Source of the DNA: an uncultured delta proteobacterium
GTDB lineage: Bacteria; Desulfobacterota; Desulfobulbia; Desulfobulbales; Desulfobulbaceae
Reading direction: 5' to 3'
Length of the DNA stretch: 64,000 bases
Assembly (NCBI GenBank): GCA_963754825.1
Contig: CAVWHP010000012.1
Coordinates: forward strand, 4,131-68,130
Both the position numbers and the translations under genes were made by a program. The number at the start of each line of letters is the position of its first letter. The first letter of the stretch is position 1. Of this stretch, positions 19,638 to 28,993 are shown piece after piece. Under the pieces are notes generated by a model that ran no database searches, had not been told where the DNA came from, and saw only the letters and a program-made list of their open reading frames with translations.

Positions 19638-22186
19638 CCCGACCCGCATCCCGGCCGGATCAGGCGGGTACCCTGCCCGTTCACCTCCCCTCCCTCCCCC
19701 TGCCCGGCCGTGCGATCGCGGTGGGCGAGCACCAGGTTGATCTCGCCGTAGGTGTAGCCCTCGCCGAGAGCTGCTTTCAGCGCTCCCAGCGGCAGCACGC
19801 CGGTCTCGTCGATGCGCGCCTCCAGGTGGCGCAGTCGCTCCTCGTCGATCACCGCCGTGGCCTCCAGTTCGCCCCGCTTCACGTACCAGGCCAGGTGGCC
19901 GATCACGGTCTGCTCGGTCAACTCCCGCTCGGCGGCGATCTCCTCGACGCTCCGGCCGCGGCGCAGCATCTCCAGGCTGATCTTTTTGGTGTTGGTCCGG
20001 GACAGCCCCTTCTTGGGCGCACCGGTCGGGCCGATGGCCCCGGGCGGCGGCAGGTCGACCGTGTCGATATTGTGGCGGCTGCGGTAGTCGGCCACCAGCG
20101 CCACCAGTTCGTCGCCGTACCGCTCGAGCAGGCGAGGCCCGATGCCCTTGATGTGCCGCAGTTCCTCCATGGTTGGTGGCAGGTGCACGGCGATCTGCAC
20201 CAGGGTCTTCTGATGGAGCACCTGAAAGGGGGGCAGACCGTCGGCGCGGGAGCGGGCGGCGCGCCACTCGCGCAGTCGCTCGTACAGCTCCGGGTGACCG
20301 ACATCCGCCTCGGTGTAGGTGACCGCGGCCTTGCGCACCCGCTTCTCGGCCTCCATGCCGGCGGCGGACACGGCCCGCAGGTAGTCCCGGGGTGAGAACC
20401 CCGTGCCGCAGGCCAGCACCCCGGCCCGCTTGACCAGGCATTCCTGGCGGGCCTGGCGAATGGCCTCGGTGATCCGCCGGGCGACCTCGCGGTTGTCCGA
20501 CTCCACCGCCATGTCCTCCAGGCAGGGGACGAGGATGGTGTCGAACTGCTCGCCAAAATACCCGGCCGCGCTTGTCAGCCGTTCGGCGATCACCGGGTCC
20601 GCGGCCGGCAGGGTGTCGGGATTGAACAGGGAGCGCAGCTGGTTGGAAAACCGCTCGCCCACCCGGCAGATGGTCTCCCCCACCCGCAGTCGCACCTCGG
20701 CCAGGTCCGCGCCGCCGCTCAGGCGGATGATGGCCGCGTGGCTGCGGGCGAGCCCGAACAGCCGGCCGAGCAGGTTCTCCAGCCGGCCGAAGTCGAAACA
20801 GGCCAGCAACAACCGCTGCTGGGTGCGGATGCGGGCCGCCTGCAGGGCCGCCTCGTCCGGTTTGCGCTCGGCCAGAGTCGCGTTGAAGGCGAGCACCGCC
20901 GGGTCGGTGCGGACTGCCTGCGGCGGGATCGGCGCGCGCAGCAGGAGCCCCTCGAAGGTGCGGCAGCGGCTCAGGGCCACGTACACCTGGCCAAAGGCAA
21001 AGGCCGCCTCCGCGTCGATCATTGCCCGGTCAAAGGTCAGCCCCTGGCTCTTGTGGATGGTGATCGCCCAGGCCGGCCGCAGCGGGTACTGGTTGAAGCT
21101 GCCCACCACCTTGCGGGTGATTTCCGTGGTCTCCGGGTCCACCGTGTAGCTGACGTTCTCCCATTCCACTCGTTCCACCAGGATGCGCTCGTCCTCGCCC
21201 GGACAGCGCACCTCCACGCCGTGCGCGGAAATCTGCGTGATCGTGCCGATCTTGCCGTTGTACCAACGCTTCTCCGCGGCCGTGTCGTTGCGGACGAACA
21301 GCACCTGGGCCCCCTCTTTCAGTTCCAGCTCGGCCGCGGTGGGAAAGGCGTATTCCGGGAAATCGCCGTCGATGCTGGCGGTGAACCGGTGGCGTGCGCC
21401 GGGCAGCGCGTCCAGGCGCGCCCGGTTGACCGCGTCGGCGCGGCTGTTGTGGGTGCACAGGGTGATGCAGCCCTCGTCCGGGACAAAATCCGGCGCATAG
21501 CGGCTGTTCAGCTCCTCCAGGGTGGCCGCGTCGACCCGGCCGCTGCGGATGCGGTTGAGCAGGTCCACGAAGTGGTCATCGGCCTGGCGGTAGACGCGCA
21601 GCAGTTCCACCGGCACCACATTGGTGCGCTGCAGGGCAGTACTGGCAAAGAACCAGGGCGAGGCGTAGTGCGCCCGCAACAGCTGCCACTCGGGTTCACG
21701 CACCACCGGCGCCAGCTGGTGCAGGTCGCCGATCATGAGCAGCTGCACCCCGCCAAAGGGCTGGTCGTTGCCACGGTAGCGGCGCAGCACCGCGTCGACG
21801 CCGTCGAGCAGATCGGCGCGCACCATGCTGATCTCATCGATGACCAGAAGATCCAGGCTGCGGACGATGTTGCGTTTGTCGCGGCTGAAGCGGTGGCGGG
21901 CAAAGAAGCTCGTATCGCCGGGCACCATGGGTCCGAAGGGCAGCTGGAAAAAGGAGTGCAGGGTGACACCGCCGGCATTGATGGCGGCCACGCCGGTGGG
22001 CGCGGTGACGATCAGCCGCTTGGAGGTGCGGCCGGCGAGTTCCTGCAGGAAGGTGGTCTTGCCGGTGCCGGCCTTGCCGGTGAGAAATACCGGGCAGTCG
22101 GTTTCTTCGACAAAGGCTTCGGCCAGGCGGAGTTCGGGGTTGGTCTCGTGCATGGGACGTCCGGCGGGCAACGGCGGCCCGCTCAT
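19634..22186 (-). CDS. PIF1/RecD-like helicase with HRDC and C-terminal HTH domains
   Basis: GKAGTGKTT, APTGVAA, IDEISM, GDLHQL, WAITIHKSQG, YVALSR; HRDC (LYERLREWR..IKGIGP); start 22186 or 22153. Confidence 0.9.
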   Translation of the reverse strand: MSGPPLPAGRPMHETNPELRLAEAFVEETDCPVFLTGKAGTGKTTFLQELAGRTSKRLIVTAPTGVAAINAGGVTLHSFFQLPFGPMVPGDTSFFARHRFSRDKRNIVRSLDLLVIDEISMVRADLLDGVDAVLRRYRGNDQPFGGVQLLMIGDLHQLAPVVREPEWQLLRAHYASPWFFASTALQRTNVVPVELLRVYRQADDHFVDLLNRIRSGRVDAATLEELNSRYAPDFVPDEGCITLCTHNSRADAVNRARLDALPGARHRFTASIDGDFPEYAFPTAAELELKEGAQVLFVRNDTAAEKRWYNGKIGTITQISAHGVEVRCPGEDERILVERVEWENVSYTVDPETTEITRKVVGSFNQYPLRPAWAITIHKSQGLTFDRAMIDAEAAFAFGQVYVALSRCRTFEGLLLRAPIPPQAVRTDPAVLAFNATLAERKPDEAALQAARIRTQQRLLLACFDFGRLENLLGRLFGLARSHAAIIRLSGGADLAEVRLRVGETICRVGERFSNQLRSLFNPDTLPAADPVIAERLTSAAGYFGEQFDTILVPCLEDMAVESDNREVARRITEAIRQARQECLVKRAGVLACGTGFSPRDYLRAVSAAGMEAEKRVRKAAVTYTEADVGHPELYERLREWRAARSRADGLPPFQVLHQKTLVQIAVHLPPTMEELRHIKGIGPRLLERYGDELVALVADYRSRHNIDTVDLPPPGAIGPTGAPKKGLSRTNTKKISLEMLRRGRSVEEIAAERELTEQTVIGHLAWYVKRGELEATAVIDEERLRHLEARIDETGVLPLGALKAALGEGYTYGEINLVLAHRDRTAGQGEGGEVNGQGTRLIRPGCGSG

Positions 22187-22599
22187 TCGGGTTTGCGGCG
22201 CAGGGCCTTGGTGCGGCTGTGCCGGTTCTTGGTTTCCAGGCGGCGCTGCACCGAGCCCCGGGTCGGCCGGGTGGGTCGCCGTTTGCGCCGCGGCGTGGCC
22301 GCGGCCACCACCAGCTCGGTCAGGCGGGCGAGCGCGGCGGCGCGATTCTGCTCCAGGCTGCGGAACTCCTCGGCGCGGATGACGAGCACCCCGTCCGCGG
22401 TCAGGCGGCGGTCCGACCGGGCCAGCAGGGCCGCCTTGCAGGGTTCCGGCAGCGTCGAGGCGCGCACGTCGAAGCGCAACAGGGCGGCGTTGGCCACCTT
22501 GTTGACGTTCTGCCCGCCCGGACCCTGGGCGCGGATGGCGGTCCACTCGATCTCTTTCTCATCGATGCCAAGGGTCGGGGTGAAGTGGATGAAAGCCAT
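22183..22599 (-). CDS. arfB: Alternative ribosome-rescue factor B (peptidyl-tRNA hydrolase)
   Basis: GPGGQNVNK motif and basic tail RRPTRPTRGS..RRLETK. Confidence 0.93.
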   Translation of the reverse strand: MAFIHFTPTLGIDEKEIEWTAIRAQGPGGQNVNKVANAALLRFDVRASTLPEPCKAALLARSDRRLTADGVLVIRAEEFRSLEQNRAAALARLTELVVAAATPRRKRRPTRPTRGSVQRRLETKNRHSRTKALRRKPE

Positions 22600-22620
22600 A
22601 CCAATCCTCCTGGGCCGGGT

Positions 22621-24453
22621 TCAACGCAGATAGATGAGCCGGACGAGCACCAGGGTGGCCACCAGGCTGAGCGCCACCAGCGGCACGCCCACCCGGGCGT
22701 AGTCCATGAACGTGTAGCCGCCCGGCTCGCGCACGATCATGTTCACCGGCGAGCCGAGCGGCGAGATGAAGGCGGCCGAGCAGGCGATGGCCACGGTCAT
22801 GGCGCAGGCCTGGGGCGGGATGCCCATCTTCAGGCCGATCTCCACGGCCATGGGCGCCACCAGCACCGCGGTGGGCGTGTTCGAGAGGAACAGGCCGATG
22901 GCCACGGTCACCAGGAAGAGCGCAGCCAGCACCCCCATGGGGCCGACCCCGGCGAACAGCTCGAGCAGCCGATCCGTGACCAGGGTGATGGCCCCGGTGC
23001 GCTCCAGGGCGAGCGCCAGGGGCAGCATGCCGGCGATGATGAGCACGGTCTGCCAGTCGATCACCCGGTAGCAGCTGTCCACGTCCACGCAGCGGAAGAG
23101 GATCAGGGCCGCGGTGGCCACGAGCACGGCCGTGACCGTGGGCAGCAGGTCGAACACCAGCAGGCCGACCATTGCGGCGAGGATGGCCACGGCCACCGGG
23201 CCGCGGCTGCGCGCCGGGATCACCTCGTGGTAGTCCTGGGGCAGGTTGAGGAGGATGTACTGGTCGCGGTGGTCGCGCAGCTGGAGGATATCCTCCCAGG
23301 CGCCGCAGGCGAGCAGCACGTCGCCGAAGCGCAGCGGCTCGTCGGCGAAACCGGTGGTCAGGGTGGCGCCCTTGCGGCGGATGGCCAGCACCTGGCAGCG
23401 GAAGCGGCTGTGAAAGCCGATCTCGCGCACCGACTTGCCGATCAGGTTGGACTCGGGCGTGAGCATCACCTCGCCCACGCCCACCGCCTGGAAGAATTCG
23501 CGCTCCAGGGCCGGGTCCACCTGCAGTTCCATGCGCTCGAGCTCGAACCCCTCGGCGAACCGGTCGATGGCCTCGTGCTCGGCGATCACCACCAGGATGT
23601 CGTTGGCCAGGAAGACGGTTTCCGGCCGGGCCGGCACAAAGGCGCGGCCGCTGTCGGCCACGGTGTGCAGGGCGATCAGGTTGATGCGGTGGCGGGCGCC
23701 GAGCTGCATGCGCGCCACCGAACGGTCGATCAGGCCGGAGCCCGGGGTGACGCGGAGCACCCCGACCCGCTGGCGGATGTCGTAGCCCTGGAGGATCTCC
23801 CCGATGGAGCGCTCCCGCCGCCGACTGACCGCGCCCTGTCCGCCGGACAGCAGGTGGCGGCCGGCAACCACGATGAAGGCGATGGCCAGCACCAGCACGG
23901 CGAGACCGAACGGGGTGAAGCTGAAGAAGCTCAAGGCCTCCTGGCCATGGCTGCGCAGGGCGTTGTTGATGACGATGTTCGGGGTGGTGGCCACCAGCGT
24001 CATCATGCCGCTGATGAGCGCGGCCGCGGCCAGGGGGATGAGCAGGCGGCGGTGGTTGAGGCCCGCTTTCTCCGCCACTGCCAGGGTGATGGGGATGAAG
24101 ATGGCGGCCGTGGCCGTACTGCTCATGAACGAGCCGACCAGGGCCGAGCCGGCCATGAGCAGGACGAGCAGCCGAACCTCGCTCGTGCCGCCGCGGTCGA
24201 TGATGGCCTCGCCCATGCGCTGGGCCAGGCCGGTGTGGACAATGGCCTCGCTGATCACAAACATGGAGGCGATGATCACCACCACCGGGCTGGACAGGCC
24301 GGAGAGGGCATCGCTGGGTTCAAGCACGCCGGTGAGCATGAGGGTGAGCATGACCAGCACCGCGACCAGGTCGCCGCGGATCCAGTTGGTGACGAGCAGC
24401 ACCGCCGCACCCGCCAGGGTGAGGACGGCAATGAGCATATCCGGATTGTTCAT
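22621..24453 (-). CDS. SLC13/CitMHS-type transporter with TrkA-C domains
   Basis: Two hydrophobic blocks (FMSSTAT, TTPN; LSNTPT, PLGSPVN) around central TrkA-C repeats. Confidence 0.9.
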   Translation of the reverse strand: MNNPDMLIAVLTLAGAAVLLVTNWIRGDLVAVLVMLTLMLTGVLEPSDALSGLSSPVVVIIASMFVISEAIVHTGLAQRMGEAIIDRGGTSEVRLLVLLMAGSALVGSFMSSTATAAIFIPITLAVAEKAGLNHRRLLIPLAAAALISGMMTLVATTPNIVINNALRSHGQEALSFFSFTPFGLAVLVLAIAFIVVAGRHLLSGGQGAVSRRRERSIGEILQGYDIRQRVGVLRVTPGSGLIDRSVARMQLGARHRINLIALHTVADSGRAFVPARPETVFLANDILVVIAEHEAIDRFAEGFELERMELQVDPALEREFFQAVGVGEVMLTPESNLIGKSVREIGFHSRFRCQVLAIRRKGATLTTGFADEPLRFGDVLLACGAWEDILQLRDHRDQYILLNLPQDYHEVIPARSRGPVAVAILAAMVGLLVFDLLPTVTAVLVATAALILFRCVDVDSCYRVIDWQTVLIIAGMLPLALALERTGAITLVTDRLLELFAGVGPMGVLAALFLVTVAIGLFLSNTPTAVLVAPMAVEIGLKMGIPPQACAMTVAIACSAAFISPLGSPVNMIVREPGGYTFMDYARVGVPLVALSLVATLVLVRLIYLR

Positions 24454-24477
24454 AAACGACTGTCTTGAAAGGATCTG

Positions 24478-24948
24478 TCAGGTTTCAGGTGACGTTTTGG
24501 TGAGCGGCGCAAGCGTTGCCGCGGTGGTCGGGATATCGGCCATGGAGTGGCCGTAGTGGACCTGGCGGAGCAGGCCGTCCGGGTCGATGAGCATCTGCGC
24601 GGGCAGCCGGCCAAGCGCCAGCAGCTTGACCTCCTGGCCGTAGAGGCGCAGCACCCGCTGTTCCGGGTCGGGCAGGCCGATGAAGGGCAGCTGTTCCCGC
24701 TCCCAGAATGTGCGGAAGCTCTCCGCGTCCTCCGGCCCGACCACGAGAATGGCGACCTTGTGGGCAACGAACTGGTCCCAGTCCTGGCGCAACTGCGCCA
24801 TGTGCCGGCGGCAGAACGGTCAGAGGAAGCCGCGGTTGAACACGGTCAGCACCCACTGGCCGCGGAAATCCGCCAGGGCCACGGGTCGGCCGGTGTAGTC
24901 GTCGAGGGTGAAATCCGGGGCCGGGGTGTTGACGGTGACGCGTTCCAT
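24478..24948 (-). CDS. AhpC/TSA peroxiredoxin-like selenoprotein (UPFC), 156 aa
   Basis: ORFs 24820..25053 and 24478..24801 are in frame across TGA 24820-24822: APDFTL...VFNRGFL-U-PFCRRH; GAGGAG RBS. Confidence 0.88.
24785..24800 (-). promoter_or_regulatory. Bacterial SECIS-like hairpin
   Basis: UGGCGC-AGUU-GCGCCA beginning 19 nt after the UGA, with G in the second loop position. Confidence 0.7.
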
Positions 24949-25202
24949 GCTGGTCTCCTCGGGCGGGCTGTGGCGGCCGGCACCGGGCAGGCCACCGCTT
25001 GGCAGGGACGGGCTTCCGGCCGCATCATAGACGCTCCGGCCGGTTCTGTCCACCCGGCCGCGGTCGGGTGGACGCCGCCGCCGGCCAGGCCCGTCTAGCC
25101 ACGGGCGGCCCGATCGGGTACAGTGGCGGACAGGCGGCCCGGGCGTTTTGCCGCGGACCGCCGAAAACCGGTTCCCCGCTCACCCTTTGAATCCGTCCCG
25201 CC

Positions 25203-26207
25203 ATGCGCATGAAGAATATCCTGTCCCATCCCGGCCGCACCCTTCCCCGGCTGCCGGTTCTTTCCCTCGTGCTGCTGTGCCTGCTCGTATCCGCACCGTT
25301 GACCGCGGCGGCAGAGCTGGCGCGCTTCTTCCGCATGGGCAGCGGCGAGCTGCACCTGGTCAATCACCGCAACGGCCGCGAGGCCCGGGTGCGGCTCCTG
25401 GAGACGGACGGTTCGATCCGCGAGGCGGCGCTGGCCGAGGTGGACCGGGTGTTCGCCTACCCCACGGCCGAGAAGGGCGAGCACATCTCGCCCCGGCTGC
25501 TCTTCCTGCTCAGTTATTTCGCCGACCGGGTCGCGCCCGGCCGGACCATCCACATCGAATCCGCCTACCGCAGCCCGGAGTACAACGACAACCTGCGCAA
25601 AAAGGGCGGCAACGCGGCCCGCACCTCCACCCACCTGGACGGGCTGGCGCTCGATTTCTGGATCGAGGGCGTGGACGGCAAAGAGCTGTGGGAGCTGGTC
25701 CGGGCCGAGGACTGCGCCGGCGTGGGCCATTACGGCGGCCGCACCATCCATCTCGACACGGGCCGGCCGCGCTTCTGGGAGGCGGCCACCTCGGGCACGC
25801 GCGCCCCGGAGCCGGACGAGAACCGGCACCTCACCCTGGCCACGGCCTACGACCGCTACCGGCCCGGGGAAACGGTGCGGCTGTCGCTGAGTTCAGTGTC
25901 CACCTTCGGTTTCGGGGTAGTGCCGGTGGTGCAGTTCGTGGCCGAGCCCGAAGCGGACGGCCCGGGTCGGCCCGCGCGCCTGGACGGCGCCGCTGCCGGC
26001 AACTGCCGCCTGCTGCCGGACCGCAAGTCCACCCGTTTTCTCGACGTCGCCCTGCCGGCGGACCTGCCGCCCGGCCGTTACCGGGCGCGACTCGCCTTGT
26101 GCGAACGGCCCTTTGCGCGCATGCCCGAGGCCGTGCTCTCCAACCCCATCGAGCTGGTCGACCGTGCGGTCGCCAGTCAGCCCCAGCCAGGAGGTTCCCG
26201 ACCATGA
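25203..26207 (+). CDS. DUF882/YcbK-like (peptidase M15) protein with C-terminal extension
   Basis: Signal peptide; SAYRSPEYN, STHLDGLALD and IHLDTG Zn-binding motifs. Confidence 0.85.
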   Translation: MRMKNILSHPGRTLPRLPVLSLVLLCLLVSAPLTAAAELARFFRMGSGELHLVNHRNGREARVRLLETDGSIREAALAEVDRVFAYPTAEKGEHISPRLLFLLSYFADRVAPGRTIHIESAYRSPEYNDNLRKKGGNAARTSTHLDGLALDFWIEGVDGKELWELVRAEDCAGVGHYGGRTIHLDTGRPRFWEAATSGTRAPEPDENRHLTLATAYDRYRPGETVRLSLSSVSTFGFGVVPVVQFVAEPEADGPGRPARLDGAAAGNCRLLPDRKSTRFLDVALPADLPPGRYRARLALCERPFARMPEAVLSNPIELVDRAVASQPQPGGSRP

Positions 26208-27079
26208 CCACCACCCGCCGCATCGCCCGCACCTTTGTCAGCCAGCCGACCCTGGAAGGGGCCGGCGTCCGCCTCCGCCGCGCCTTCGGGTTCGCCGAGG
26301 CGCCGCTGTTCGACCCCTTCCTCATGCTCGATGACTTCAGCTCCGAGCGGCCGGAGGACTACCTGGCCGGTTTCCCCTGGCACCCGCACCGGGGCATCGA
26401 GACCATCACCATGGTGTTCGCCGGATTGATCGAACACGGGGACAGCCTGGGCAACAGCGGCGCCATCGGCGCCGGCGAGGTGCAGTGGATGACCGCGGGC
26501 AGCGGCATCATCCACCAGGAGATGCCCCGCCGCACCGCGGACGGCGTGCTCCAGGGCCTGCAGCTCTGGGCCAACCTGCCGGCGGCGGACAAGATGATGG
26601 CGCCCCGCTACCGCGACCTCGCGGCCTCGGCCATTGCCGAGGTGGCGCTCGCCGGCGGCGGCCGGGTGCGGGTGATCGCGGGCGAGCTGTCCGGCGTGCG
26701 CGGCCCGGTGGACGACATCGTCATCGACCCGACCCTGGCCGTGGTCGAGCTGCCGGCGGGCGCGGTGTTCACCCACGCCCTGCCCGCGGGCCACGCGGTC
26801 TTTGCCTACGTACTCTCCGGTGCAGGGTCTTTCGAGGAAGGCGAGGACAGCCGCCCGCTCGGGGCGGGCACGACGGTCCTCTACGAGCGGGCGGGGGAGA
26901 TGGTGCGGATCGCGGCCGCGGCAGGAGGGCTGCGCCTGCTGCTCGCCGCCGGCCGGCCGCTGGGCGAGCCGGTGGCCTGGCGCGGGCCGATCGTCATGAA
27001 CACCGAGGAGGAACTGCGCCAGGCCTTTGCCGCCTACAACGACGGCACCTTCCTGGACCACCGGCCCAGCAGGGGCTGA
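26204..27079 (+). CDS. Pirin family protein
   Basis: DPFLMLD, GFPWHPHRGIETIT, QWMTAGSGIIHQEMP, GPIVMN. Confidence 0.93.
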   Translation: MTTTRRIARTFVSQPTLEGAGVRLRRAFGFAEAPLFDPFLMLDDFSSERPEDYLAGFPWHPHRGIETITMVFAGLIEHGDSLGNSGAIGAGEVQWMTAGSGIIHQEMPRRTADGVLQGLQLWANLPAADKMMAPRYRDLAASAIAEVALAGGGRVRVIAGELSGVRGPVDDIVIDPTLAVVELPAGAVFTHALPAGHAVFAYVLSGAGSFEEGEDSRPLGAGTTVLYERAGEMVRIAAAAGGLRLLLAAGRPLGEPVAWRGPIVMNTEEELRQAFAAYNDGTFLDHRPSRG

Positions 27080-27094
27080 GGGCCGGCGGGCGGG

Positions 27095-28102
27095 TCACAG
27101 GTCGCGGTCAGGACTGCCCGGGTCGTCGACCCGGTCGCCGTTGCCCGTCCCGCTGAAGCCGAAGATGATCTCGATCTTGCCGAAGAAGCCGAGCACCGTG
27201 TTCCAGTCCTCCTCCTCTTCGAACTTGACGTAGGGGGAGACCTCGAAGAAGAGCCAGTCGCGCAGGTAGCGCTGGCGGTAGCGGACCTGCAGCTTGACCT
27301 CGGACAGGTCCTCGTTGCCCACGTCGTCAAAGGAGTTGTGCCACTCGTAGCTGAGCACCTTGTCCACGTCCAGGGCCTGGTAGAGACGGAACAGCAGGCC
27401 GCCGGGCAGCTCGTCGTCCTCCTCGATCCAGTCGAGCTGGCCGGTGGCGCGGAAGAACCAGCGCTCAGACAGCGGGCGCTCGAAGTCGAGCGAATTGAGG
27501 AACTTCCAGTCGTTGTCCGTGTAGTAGCGCAGCTGCGACACGAGCCGGCTTGTCCACGGGCCGAACTCCTTGAGGTAGCGCCCGCGCACACCGGTGTAGA
27601 GGTAGTCGTAGGAGCCGCCCAGGGTCACGGAGATGTTCGACTTGTCGCTCTCCTGGAGGAAGTACTGCAGGGCCACGGCCGCGTCCTTCTTGTTGTTGTC
27701 GCCGCGCACGTCCGGGTCCGGGCGGGTGCTGTCCTCCTCCGGGTTTTCGTCCTCGGAGGCGAAGAACAGCAGGTTGAGCCGGTTGGACAGTTGGGGCAGG
27801 TGGAGGCGGATATTGGCCCGCGGCTCGAAGTCGACGCCGTCGCCCTCCTCCACCCCGGCGGTCATCCGCAACCGGACCCGGCTGCGGTTCTCCTCGGCCG
27901 CGGTCCGCTCGTCGTCGAAAAAGTGATCAACCCAGTTCGAGGCCCGGCGCACCCCGACCGAGCCCTGCTCGTGCACCTCGTCGAGCCACTCCATCACCTC
28001 GCCGTCACCGGCCGTGTCGTTTGCCGGCGCCTGGTTCGCCGCCCGCACCGGCGCCACGGCCAGCACTGCCGCGGCGAGAATTGCCAGCATCGCTTTGCGC
28101 AT
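27095..28102 (-). CDS. Exported hypothetical protein, probable outer-membrane beta-barrel
   Basis: GGAGG RBS, signal peptide, amphipathic aromatic-rich strands, KIEIIF near the C-terminus. Confidence 0.75.
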   Translation of the reverse strand: MRKAMLAILAAAVLAVAPVRAANQAPANDTAGDGEVMEWLDEVHEQGSVGVRRASNWVDHFFDDERTAAEENRSRVRLRMTAGVEEGDGVDFEPRANIRLHLPQLSNRLNLLFFASEDENPEEDSTRPDPDVRGDNNKKDAAVALQYFLQESDKSNISVTLGGSYDYLYTGVRGRYLKEFGPWTSRLVSQLRYYTDNDWKFLNSLDFERPLSERWFFRATGQLDWIEEDDELPGGLLFRLYQALDVDKVLSYEWHNSFDDVGNEDLSEVKLQVRYRQRYLRDWLFFEVSPYVKFEEEEDWNTVLGFFGKIEIIFGFSGTGNGDRVDDPGSPDRDL

Positions 28103-28247
28103 TGTCCACCTCCTGAAACCGTCCCCCTGATCCACCATCCCGACGGCGGCACTTTACCACAGGAAGCGGAGCAGGCCAACCCGTCGCAGCCGAAAACCGC
28201 CGGCTGTGGCGCGTCCGCACCGTCCACCCCGCCTGAGCGAGGACCCC

Positions 28248-28985
28248 ATGCCCGCCACCTATCTCTTTCACGGTGATCTGGTCCACCTGCTCCGCCGCCG
28301 CTGGCGCGGGCCGCAGCCGATCGTACTCGCCGTCACCCGCCGCACCTCGATCAAGGACCAGGTGGAGGCCTTCGGCCTGCCCCACACCGAGGTCGGCCGC
28401 CTACTCTGCGACGGCCGCGACATCGACTTCAGCCACCTGGTGCGCGATCACCAAGGGTTTGACATTCTGCCGGTGACCGTGCCCTGGGACCTGAGCCGCC
28501 CCACCCTGCTCCGCCCGGACCGGCTCGCCCGGCCGGCCTTCCTGGTGGACGCCACCCTGGGTCGGCTGGCCCGGAGTTTGCGCATGGCCGGGCTGAACAC
28601 CCTCTACCGGCCGGAGTGGACCACGGCCGACCTGCTCAAGCGCCTCGGTCGCTCCCGGCGGGTGCTGCTCAGCCGCAACCTGGAGCTGCTCAAGCGCGGC
28701 GAGGTGGTGTTCGGCCGCTACGTCCGCAGTGACACGCCCGCGGCCCAGCTGCGCGAGGTGCTCAGCCTGTTCGGCCTGCGCGAACTGTCGCACCCGCTGG
28801 TGCGCTGCCTGGCCTGCAACGGGCTGCTCAAGCCGGTGGCCAAGGAGACCATCCTCCACCGGCTCGAGCCGCTCACCATCCGCTACTATGACACCTTCCA
28901 TTGCTGCCCGCGCTGCGAGCGGATCTACTGGGCCGGCAGCCACGTGGCCCGCATGCAGACGAGCCTCAAAAACGCCCTCGACTGA
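28248..28985 (+). CDS. Mut7-C RNase (PIN-like) protein with ubiquitin-like N-domain
   Basis: SIKDQVEAFGLPHTEV, FLVDATLGRLAR.LR, RCLACNG.L, CPRCERIYWAGSH. Confidence 0.9.
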   Translation: MPATYLFHGDLVHLLRRRWRGPQPIVLAVTRRTSIKDQVEAFGLPHTEVGRLLCDGRDIDFSHLVRDHQGFDILPVTVPWDLSRPTLLRPDRLARPAFLVDATLGRLARSLRMAGLNTLYRPEWTTADLLKRLGRSRRVLLSRNLELLKRGEVVFGRYVRSDTPAAQLREVLSLFGLRELSHPLVRCLACNGLLKPVAKETILHRLEPLTIRYYDTFHCCPRCERIYWAGSHVARMQTSLKNALD

Positions 28986-28993
28986 CCCCCTGC

